Positions 26,344 through 34,355 of a DNA stretch of 52,543 nt are shown one piece after another. Both the position numbers and the translations under genes were made by a program. Each line of letters starts with the position of its first letter. Position 1 is the first letter of the stretch. The notes under the pieces were generated by a model, which did not search any database, was not told the DNA's origin, and saw nothing but the letters and a program-made list of their open reading frames with translations. The DNA is from Planctomycetota bacterium (GTDB lineage Bacteria > Planctomycetota > B15-G4 > JADJEK01): contig JBGAIQ010000041.1 of assembly GCA_044225365.1 (NCBI GenBank), forward strand, positions 1 to 52,543, written 5' to 3'.

Positions 26344-27777
26344 ATGCGAGTCCAGCCGCTCTACGTCGCGGGCGCGTCCGTCGAGACCGCGACGACGGAC
26401 ACGATCCGATCGCCCTTCGACGGCGAGGTGGCGGGAATCGTCGCCGTGGGCGGCATCGCCGAAATGGAATCCGTGATCGCGCAGGCTCGCGATCACGTGG
26501 CGTTGGCGAGAGCTCTGCCGCGGCATCGCCGCCACGACGTCCTCGAGAAGGCGGCTCGCAGGATCGAGGAGCAAACGGAGCCTCTCGCGCAGCTCATCAC
26601 GGCGGAGAGCGGAAAGCCGATGCGCTTCGCGCGCGCGGAGGTCGCGCGAGCGGTGACCACGTTCGAACTCGCCGCAGCGAACGCGCTCACCTTCTCGGGA
26701 GAGAGCATCCCATTGGACATCGATCCGCGCGGAGAGGGACGCATCGGACTGTACGACCGCGTCGCTCGCGGCGCGGTCGGCGCGATCGCGCCGTTCAATT
26801 TCCCGCTGAATCTCGTCGCCCACAAGCTCGCGCCCGCGATCGCGGTGGGCGCGCCCGTCGTGCTCAAGCCGCCACCGCAGAGCCCGCTGACGTCGTTCGC
26901 GCTCGCCGACATCCTCTACGAATGCGGTTTGCCGAAACCGATGCTGTCGGTGATCCACTGCAAGCCCGATGTCGCTCAGCGTCTCGCGGAGGACGATCGC
27001 ATCGCGGTGCTGTCGTTCACGGGGTCCGCCGAGGTCGGCTGGAAGCTGAAGTCCCTCGCGGGCAAGAAACAGGTCCTGCTCGAACTCGGCGGCAACGCGC
27101 CGTGCGTCGTCGACGAAGGATGCGACGTCGACGCGATCGCGCCCGCGGTCGCACTCGCGGCGTTCGCCCAGGCCGGGCAAGTCTGCATCAAGGTGCAGCG
27201 CATCTTCGTCCACGATTCGCTCGCCCTGCGGTTCACGGAGCGCTTCGTCGCCGCGTCGAACGCTCTTGCGTGCGGGGATCCGAAGGACGAGCGCACGATC
27301 GTCGGTCCGCTGATCGAGATGAAGCACGTCGACCGCGTTCTCGGTTGGATCGACGAAGCGATGCAGCGCGGTGGCAAGCGGCTCTGCGGCGGCGAACGCG
27401 TCGGCCCGCTGCGTTCGATCGTGACGCCGACCGTGCTCACGGGCGTTCCTGCCGACGCGAAGGTTGCGTGCGAAGAAGTCTTCGGCCCCGTGGCCGTGAT
27501 CGAGCCGTTCGCGACGTTCGAGACCGCGCTCGAGCGATGCAACGCGACTCGCTACGGGCTACAGGCCGGCGTCTTCACGCCGAGTCTCGAGCGAGCGATG
27601 CTCGCGTTCCGCGCACTCGAATACGGCGGCGTGATGATCAACGACGTCCCGACCTACCGCATCGACAACTTCCCGTACGGCGGGACCAAGGATTCGGGTT
27701 TCGGTCGCGAGGGCGTACGCTTCGCGATGGAGGAGATGACGGAGCCGCGCGTGCTCGTGCTTCGCGGCCGGTGTTGA
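26344..27777 (+). CDS. Aldehyde dehydrogenase family protein
   Basis: PFNFP, FTGS, LELGGN, GQVCI, EEVFGPV, FPYGGTKDSGFGREG motifs; ATG 26344 with GGAGG RBS. Confidence 0.95.
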   Translation: MRVQPLYVAGASVETATTDTIRSPFDGEVAGIVAVGGIAEMESVIAQARDHVALARALPRHRRHDVLEKAARRIEEQTEPLAQLITAESGKPMRFARAEVARAVTTFELAAANALTFSGESIPLDIDPRGEGRIGLYDRVARGAVGAIAPFNFPLNLVAHKLAPAIAVGAPVVLKPPPQSPLTSFALADILYECGLPKPMLSVIHCKPDVAQRLAEDDRIAVLSFTGSAEVGWKLKSLAGKKQVLLELGGNAPCVVDEGCDVDAIAPAVALAAFAQAGQVCIKVQRIFVHDSLALRFTERFVAASNALACGDPKDERTIVGPLIEMKHVDRVLGWIDEAMQRGGKRLCGGERVGPLRSIVTPTVLTGVPADAKVACEEVFGPVAVIEPFATFETALERCNATRYGLQAGVFTPSLERAMLAFRALEYGGVMINDVPTYRIDNFPYGGTKDSGFGREGVRFAMEEMTEPRVLVLRGRC

Positions 27778-27846
27778 CGCGCGCTTCGTAGGCTTTTCCG
27801 GGCGGCGCCCTTCGCTCGGTTCCTTCTCTCGTTCGAGTTCCTCGAC

Positions 27847-30800
27847 ATGCATCGTATCGTGCCACTCTTCTCCGACTTCACCGGGCCGATGTCCGTTCAG
27901 CTCGGCGAGATCTGCTTCCGTCGGAGCCGAGTCCTGCAACTCGAGAAGTCGCCCAATTCGATCACGGCAGAGATCGACGAGGGCGGCTCGACGCGCTGTT
28001 CGCTCGAGCGATCGGGTAGCAGCGTGCGTTACGAGTGCACCTGTTTCTTCTACGAGCAGCACGGCAGGATCTGCAAGCACCTCCACGCAATGCTGCTCGC
28101 GGTCGACGCCTCGGGCGGCGCCGACGAGCGTTGGGACTTCCAGGACCTCCTCTCCAAGAGCGGCCACGACCCGATCGAAGAGTTGATCCGCGAGAACGAG
28201 GTCACCGGGCTCACCCGGCAAGACCTCGAACGCTGGAGACGGGAGCCCAGAGTTGCCACCTCCTCCTTTCACCGTCGGCCGCTGCCTCCGCCGCCGCCTC
28301 CCTGGTGGCAGCGGCTCGTCGAGCATCCGAGGGCACCGGACGAGAAATCCGAAACGGACGATCGCGATCGATTCGAACCGGTCTTCCTGCTCGCGATCGC
28401 GTCCGGTTCCGGATACGCGGCCGGAAGCGTCGTTTCGTATCGCTCACTGAAGGTCCGCTTTGCCGTGCGGATCCGCAAGCGGGACGGCAAGCTCGGAAAA
28501 CCTCGACAAGCCTCGCGTGAAGAACGACAACGCTGCGAGGCGAAGGACGAGGGACTCGCCTCCCTCTGCGCCACGCTCGACGGGATGAAGACGGATGCGC
28601 CCTTCACGTACGCATACCGACGTGACGAGATCGCGTGCAGTTGGGATTTGAACGAGCGGAATGCGCGTCATCACATCGAGCGACTCTGCGCGAGCGGCCG
28701 CTTCTTCCACGAACCCGAGGAGTGGAATCCGGACTTCGGTCTCGGTCCTGCGATCTCGTGGAACGGTGCGGTTCCGCACCAGGTCGTCATCGAGTTGAGT
28801 CGCTTCGTCGACGGTCGGCTCTTCGTCGATGTCGAATTCCGCCGCGGCGCGGAGACGATCGATTCGGCCGAAGTCTTTGCGATTACCGACGACGGACTTG
28901 CGCTGGTCGCCGGGTGTTTCATTCGATTCGAGCCGCGGGACATCGCCGCGATGGCGCGGGCCCTTCATCAGCGCGAGGATCTCAACGACCGAATCGTCGC
29001 GACCAACGAAGTGCGGCCGTTCCTGAAGTCGCTGCTCTCGCATCCGGCAGCGCCGATCGTCGAGTATCCCGCCGACCTCGGTCCCACGCAGCTCGATGGC
29101 GTTCTCGAGCCGGAGCTTCGAATCGGAGCAAAGACGAAGGAGAAGGACACGACGCTGACCGCGCGGGTGGTCGCAGCGTATGGAGCTCGCGACGCGGAGC
29201 TGCTGCAAGGCCGCCGCGCGTTCTTCGATGCCGAGGCGTGGAAGCTCGTGCGTCGCGACATCGAGAGCGAGCAGCGGCGTGCCGCGGAGCTTCGCTCGCT
29301 CGGCCTGGAGATCTCGAATGGGTCGGTCCGTTTCGAAGAGGCGCAACTACCCGAGGTCGTGACGGCTCTCACGGCATCGGGTTGGATCGTGCGCGCGGAA
29401 TCGCTGCGCTTGCGGCCGCCGGGCGAGTTGCAGCTCCAAGTGAAATCCAGCGGCATCGACTGGTTCGATCTTCGCGGTGAGATCGAATTCGGAGGCAACA
29501 GCGTCGCGCTCCCGCGTCTCCTCGCGGAGATCGAACGCGGCCGTCGAACGGTCGAGCTCGACGACGGAACGCTCGGCATGATCCCCGAGCGCTGGTTGCG
29601 GGTGCGGCGCGCGCTCCTGGCGCACGGCAAGGCCGAGGAGGGTGCGCTCCGCTTTCGCGCCTCGCAGGCGGCGCTGGTGACAGCCATCCTCGACAACGAC
29701 GAAGGCGCAGCAGACAACACGAACGTGAGCGTGGACGAGACTTTCTCGGCGGTGCGAGAAGCGATTCGGAAGGGATCGCATCCCACGGCGGAGGAGCCAG
29801 CGGAGGGATTCAAGGCGTCGCTGCGGCCCTACCAGAAGGAAGGCCTTGGCTTCCTGCGTCACCTCCTGCGACTTCACATCGGGGGTTGCCTTGCAGACGA
29901 TATGGGACTCGGGAAGACCGTTCAGGTGCTCGCGCTGCTCTACCAGCGCAAGGCGAGCAGGCCGAGTCTCGTCGTCGCGCCGCGATCGGTCGCATTCAAT
30001 TGGCTCGCCGAGGCCGAGCGTTTCGCGCCGGAATTGAAGATCGCCGCATACTTCGGGTCCGGCCGCGAAGAGGCTCACGAGCGCGTGAAGAAGGGCGGAG
30101 TGCTCGTCACCACGTACGGAACGCTGCGCAGCGACGAAGGGCTCCGCAAGATCCCGTTCGATGTCGTCGTGCTCGACGAGGCGCAGGCGATCAAGAACAG
30201 ATCGACGGCGACTGCCGTCGCAGCGCGCGAACTGAAAGCACAGCATCGCATCGCTCTCTCGGGAACGCCCGTCGAGAATCACTTCGGCGAGATCCTGTCG
30301 CTCTTCGAGTTCCTGAACCCGGGACTGTTCGGAGCGACCGCAAAGTTGCGAAAGAGCGACGAGGACGAAGCGGGCCGGGCGCTCGTCACACGCGCGCTCC
30401 GCCCGTTCCTGCTACGTCGAACGAAGGAACAGGTCGCGCCGGATCTGCCGTCGCGCACCGAGCAGACCGTGATCTGCGAGATGGAGGGCGAACAACGCGA
30501 ACTCTACGAGGAGCTCCGCGATCACATCCGGCAAAACATCGTTGCGCGCGTCGAGGCCGTGGGCATGAACGCCGCTCGACTGCAGGTCCTGGAAGCGCTG
30601 CTGCGATTGCGACAGGCGGCATGCCACCCCGGACTCATCGACAAGAAACGCTCCGGACAGTCGTCCGCGAAGCTCGACGCGCTCCTACCGCGACTCGTCG
30701 AGGTCATCGCCGAGGGCCACAAGGCGCTCGTGTTCTCGCAGTTCACGAGCTTCCTCGAACTCTTGAAGCCGCGTCTCGATGACATCGGTCTGAAGTACGA

Positions 30801-31167
30801 ATATCTCGACGGGCAGACACGAGATCGCGAAGCCTGCGTGCGGCGCTTTCAGGAGGACCCGGAATGCCCGCTGTTCCTGATCAGTCTGCGCGCCGGCGGA
30901 CTCGGTCTCAACCTCACGGCCGCGGAATACGTCTTCCTCCTCGACCCGTGGTGGAACCCCGCGGTCGAGGCGCAGGCCGTCGATCGCGCGCACCGCATCG
31001 GCCAGACGAAGCCCGTTTTCGCTTATCGATTGCTGACGAAGAACACGGTCGAAGAGCGCGTTGCGGAGCTGCAGGCGCAGAAGCGCGCACTCTTCGACTC
31101 GCTCATGGCCGACACGGCGACGCTGCGCGACCTCGATCTCGAGGACCTGCGCATGCTGCTCAGTTGA
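27847..31167 (+). CDS. SWIM zinc-finger SNF2-family helicase
   Basis: CTC...CKH SWIM motif; LRPYQ, LADDMGLGKT, DEAQAIKN, SGTPVEN, LVFSQF, DPWWNPAVEAQAVDRAHRIGQ. Confidence 0.95.
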   Translation: MHRIVPLFSDFTGPMSVQLGEICFRRSRVLQLEKSPNSITAEIDEGGSTRCSLERSGSSVRYECTCFFYEQHGRICKHLHAMLLAVDASGGADERWDFQDLLSKSGHDPIEELIRENEVTGLTRQDLERWRREPRVATSSFHRRPLPPPPPPWWQRLVEHPRAPDEKSETDDRDRFEPVFLLAIASGSGYAAGSVVSYRSLKVRFAVRIRKRDGKLGKPRQASREERQRCEAKDEGLASLCATLDGMKTDAPFTYAYRRDEIACSWDLNERNARHHIERLCASGRFFHEPEEWNPDFGLGPAISWNGAVPHQVVIELSRFVDGRLFVDVEFRRGAETIDSAEVFAITDDGLALVAGCFIRFEPRDIAAMARALHQREDLNDRIVATNEVRPFLKSLLSHPAAPIVEYPADLGPTQLDGVLEPELRIGAKTKEKDTTLTARVVAAYGARDAELLQGRRAFFDAEAWKLVRRDIESEQRRAAELRSLGLEISNGSVRFEEAQLPEVVTALTASGWIVRAESLRLRPPGELQLQVKSSGIDWFDLRGEIEFGGNSVALPRLLAEIERGRRTVELDDGTLGMIPERWLRVRRALLAHGKAEEGALRFRASQAALVTAILDNDEGAADNTNVSVDETFSAVREAIRKGSHPTAEEPAEGFKASLRPYQKEGLGFLRHLLRLHIGGCLADDMGLGKTVQVLALLYQRKASRPSLVVAPRSVAFNWLAEAERFAPELKIAAYFGSGREEAHERVKKGGVLVTTYGTLRSDEGLRKIPFDVVVLDEAQAIKNRSTATAVAARELKAQHRIALSGTPVENHFGEILSLFEFLNPGLFGATAKLRKSDEDEAGRALVTRALRPFLLRRTKEQVAPDLPSRTEQTVICEMEGEQRELYEELRDHIRQNIVARVEAVGMNAARLQVLEALLRLRQAACHPGLIDKKRSGQSSAKLDALLPRLVEVIAEGHKALVFSQFTSFLELLKPRLDDIGLKYEYLDGQTRDREACVRRFQEDPECPLFLISLRAGGLGLNLTAAEYVFLLDPWWNPAVEAQAVDRAHRIGQTKPVFAYRLLTKNTVEERVAELQAQKRALFDSLMADTATLRDLDLEDLRMLLS

Positions 31168-31187
31168 CGTCGCCGCTGCGGCGGCGA

Positions 31188-32465
31188 TCAATTCAGGGGA
31201 TAGATGATGAAGTCGTTCAGCTTCTTGATCGACGGCGTCGGCATCGTCGCGAGTGTGTCGTTCAAGAGTTGAAGATGAGAGCGCGTGAGTTGCAGGACGT
31301 GCTCGTTCGGGTGCGTCGTGGCGCCGATGGGGAAGTCGACGGTCGGCGTCGTCGTCATCTCGATGTGCGTTCCGATCACCCAGCACAGGTCCTTGCCGGT
31401 GACGAACGTGAGCAGGCGCTGCATGCTGGCCTTGTAGACGGCCCACTGGCCCTGCGAGTTTGCGCCATTCACGTAGCAACGTCCGGGATACAGGCTGTCG
31501 CCGGTGAACAGTAACGCGGTGCGGCGGTCGTAGATCGCGATGTGCGCCGTCTGGTGTCCGGGGATCGGTATGACGTCGATGATGCGCCCGCCTCCCAGGT
31601 CGTACGACACGATCTGCGTCGGCCAGGTGGTGATGCCCCAGAAGGCTTGCACGGCGCTCAGGCTCGTTCCCACGAGGGTCGTGTTGGGTTTGCCCGCGAA
31701 TTGGGAGTCCCCGGCCACGTGATCGCCGTGCGAATGGAGATGCGCCGCGATCAACTGGATCGAGGTCTTCCCGTTCGCCGCGAGCCAATTGTCGATGACG
31801 CCCTTCACGATGTTGTAGATCGGGATGTTGCCGGCGCCGGTATCGAGCATCAGCACCTTGTCGCCGCCGAAGATCAGCGTGATGAACGGCGCCTCGAAGT
31901 TGGTGCACACCGATTGGCGGAGGATGTAGAGATCCGGGTTGTAGGCGTGGATCTGCATCTGCGGTTCGGACGCGCAATTCGGCAGGCCGTTGATCCACGT
32001 CGAAGGGAACACCCCGCCCTCGGGACCGATCGGAATCGCGCCCCTCAGGCCGTTGCTCGCGCTCGCTCCCTTCGGGTTGCCGGGATCCGCCGTCCACGCC
32101 TGGAAGTAGAGCGAGGCCCCGACCGGCAGACCCTTCGGCAGGATTCCGCTCAGAGTCAGATTGCCGGCGGCGTCGGTGAGGAGCGGACTGATGACCACGT
32201 CGGGCGATGGAACGAGGATGCCGCCGAGCAGCGGCACGTCGATCTCGGAGAGTCCCGTGAAGAGCCACGTCGCCGAGCTGGGTCGCGCGTGCGCGAGTTT
32301 CAGCGTCACGTTCGAATAGGCGAGGAGCGGGCCCTCACCGGTGAGCGCGGGAACCCCGGCGGATCCCGCGAGCGCGTGACCGACATCGGTCCACGGCGAT
32401 GGCCCGTCATCCGCATGGGCGAGCGGGACGAGAGCGAACGACAAGAGTGCGAGCCGTCGAATCAC
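31188..32465 (-). CDS. Exported MBL-fold metallo-hydrolase with the shared module at its N-terminus
   Basis: GTG start, GGAGG RBS, signal peptide ending AHA-D. Motifs DTG, HLHSHGDH, PGH, TGD. Residues ~24-145 contain YFQAWTADPG...SNGL. Confidence 0.9.
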   Translation of the reverse strand: MIRRLALLSFALVPLAHADDGPSPWTDVGHALAGSAGVPALTGEGPLLAYSNVTLKLAHARPSSATWLFTGLSEIDVPLLGGILVPSPDVVISPLLTDAAGNLTLSGILPKGLPVGASLYFQAWTADPGNPKGASASNGLRGAIPIGPEGGVFPSTWINGLPNCASEPQMQIHAYNPDLYILRQSVCTNFEAPFITLIFGGDKVLMLDTGAGNIPIYNIVKGVIDNWLAANGKTSIQLIAAHLHSHGDHVAGDSQFAGKPNTTLVGTSLSAVQAFWGITTWPTQIVSYDLGGGRIIDVIPIPGHQTAHIAIYDRRTALLFTGDSLYPGRCYVNGANSQGQWAVYKASMQRLLTFVTGKDLCWVIGTHIEMTTTPTVDFPIGATTHPNEHVLQLTRSHLQLLNDTLATMPTPSIKKLNDFIIYPLN

Positions 32466-32523
32466 GAAGACCTCCGATCACGAACGAGCCCCCAGGTTAC
32501 CCGAGAACTCGGCGCGCGAGTCC

Positions 32524-32604
32524 GGATCGCCAGGCCGGACCGCCAGGCCGGAGCGCCAGGCTCCGCCTGGCATCTTCGGACCGCCAGGCTCCGCCTGGCA
32601 TCTT
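32524..32604 (+). repeat. REP-like cluster (2 half plus 2 full copies)
   Basis: ggatcgccaggcc, ggaccgccaggcc, ggagcgccaggc-tcc-gcctggcatcttc, ggaccgccaggc-tcc-gcctggcatctt. Confidence 0.85.
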
Positions 32605-32622
32605 ACTCTTCTTCCCCCGCCC

Positions 32623-34107
32623 TCACGGCACGACCTCGATCACGAACGGCTGCGTAAAACAAAGTTCCCCCGCTCGATCGACCACGGCCTGGAGGTAGAA
32701 GATCTCGCCCTTCGAGGTGAATCCGGGAGGCAGCCGAACTCGATCCTCGAACGATCCATCGAGCGCCGCGGGGGATGCGAAGAGGAGGCCGCAGGGCGGG
32801 GCGAGGAACCAGGTCGAACTGCCGCCGAACTTGCCCACGGGGTTGCCCAGCACGTAGTTCAGCAGGTTCGGATTCGACCCCGGAGTGAGAACGAGCGACG
32901 CGCTGAAGAACCACGCGACCTGGATCGGGGTGCCAGGAGGCAGTGTCCGATCGTTGGCGTTCTGCCCTGCCAAAGTCACGTACACGGGATCGCCCGCGCT
33001 TCCCAGTTGGACGGTGGCGCCGAGGTCGGTGAGGTAAGGGCGTGGGAATTTGTTCGGGGAGTCGCGATGAAGATAATGTCCATTGCCCAGCCGCTCGGCG
33101 ATCTTCGCGACGAGGTAAGGATTGTTCTCGATGCGCGAATCGACCCACGGGAATCCATGAGTCGGCCAATTCCAGTCGATGTAACAAAAGCCCTTGATGC
33201 GAGGATTGGACTCCATCATCGCGAAGAACGGCTCGAACCACGTATTCCAATAGTCCTCCGCGGCGGCCGGGGACGGATCGACGATGCCGCCGGGAAAGAC
33301 CGCGCTCGACTCCGAGATCATGATCGGCTTGTGCCAGCCGTTTGCCAACTCCAGCATCGTCGTGAGGGTCTTCGGATAACGATTTCCTCCCTGAGGCAGG
33401 AAGTGCTCGGGGTGGAAGAGGTCGACTCCGACCCAATCGACGTATGCATCGCCGGGGAACCAGTTGCCCACGACTTCCATGCTGGCTCCATCGCCAGGAC
33501 CGCTGCACCAGATGAAGGCGGCGTTCTCCACTCCCGCGGCCCGCAGGCGGTCGACGATCCGCCGATAGGCGTCGATGTAGAAGTGGCCTTTGAGATAATG
33601 AGTCGTGTTCGGCTCGTAACCGGGGCGGACGAAGCACGGATTCTTGAAGTCCTTGATGAGCTTCGCGAGTTCATCGATCACCGGATCGAGCGCTCCCGCA
33701 TTGATCGATGGCTCGCCGAACATGCCCTGATACAACTCGAAGTTGACGCTGATCTCCGGCATTGCATTCTTCGACTGAGCCTGCTCCAACCAGCCCTTCA
33801 CTGGGTTCACCGTGAGATCCACCATCTCCTGGACTGTGAGCGGGAATGGATACTTCGTCACGTATTGCTTCGTGTAACGACCCCAGAGAGGGAAGTACAT
33901 TTTCGTAAGCAATGGGTGAAGTGCATCGGAACCCGACGCGAGGTTCAGAGCATCGGAGTAATTCGATAGCGTCGGCTTCTCCTCGAGCGCGCCATGCAGG
34001 ATCTTCCCATCGGCTGGCTCGAATTTCGCTCCGTCGTGCGCGACAGCACACTCGGTCCCGTTGACGATCGCGCAGACGAGGAGCGCGACTCCAATTCTCG
34101 ATCCCAT
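32623..34107 (-). CDS. Glycoside hydrolase family 26 protein with C-terminal beta-rich module
   Basis: Signal peptide; RPGYEPN (acid/base), WFPGDAYVDWVGVD, KPIMISES (nucleophile); tail LPP...FYLQAVVD; GAGGAG RBS. Confidence 0.85.
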   Translation of the reverse strand: MGSRIGVALLVCAIVNGTECAVAHDGAKFEPADGKILHGALEEKPTLSNYSDALNLASGSDALHPLLTKMYFPLWGRYTKQYVTKYPFPLTVQEMVDLTVNPVKGWLEQAQSKNAMPEISVNFELYQGMFGEPSINAGALDPVIDELAKLIKDFKNPCFVRPGYEPNTTHYLKGHFYIDAYRRIVDRLRAAGVENAAFIWCSGPGDGASMEVVGNWFPGDAYVDWVGVDLFHPEHFLPQGGNRYPKTLTTMLELANGWHKPIMISESSAVFPGGIVDPSPAAAEDYWNTWFEPFFAMMESNPRIKGFCYIDWNWPTHGFPWVDSRIENNPYLVAKIAERLGNGHYLHRDSPNKFPRPYLTDLGATVQLGSAGDPVYVTLAGQNANDRTLPPGTPIQVAWFFSASLVLTPGSNPNLLNYVLGNPVGKFGGSSTWFLAPPCGLLFASPAALDGSFEDRVRLPPGFTSKGEIFYLQAVVDRAGELCFTQPFVIEVVP

Positions 34108-34355
34108 GGCAACTCCTCGCTCGACTTCCGGTTTTCCAGTGTGAAAACGCGCGGGTCACGTTTGCCGTGAGCAATACTGCGAGGTGCGAGCGAAGTAACT
34201 TCGTCTCGCAAAGCGGTCCGGATTTCGAGCGGTAGCGCAGACGTTCGATTCGTCCGCGACTTTCATCCAATCCACGAGCCGGAAGAATCGAACAGTCGGC
34301 GCAGCGACGCGCGTCGTTCGCAGATGACGTTTTGTAACGAACCGAGTTCGGCCGG

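Noticed and set aside
27847-31167. Anti-phage defence system built around the SNF2 helicase
   Set aside because: It is a stand-alone SWIM-SNF2 with metabolic neighbours; no methylase, nuclease or other defence partner is present.
15513-32502. Shared 13-mer ccccaggttaccc upstream of two module-bearing genes (15513 and 32490)
   Set aside because: It has opposite orientation relative to the two genes, is absent from the other carriers, and a 13-mer match is plausible by chance in GC-rich DNA.
34180-34245. c-di-GMP-I riboswitch (cgcaaagc...tccgg...ggtagcg)
   Set aside because: It lacks the GGCAAAC/GNRA P1 architecture and is on the wrong strand for the adjacent gene start.
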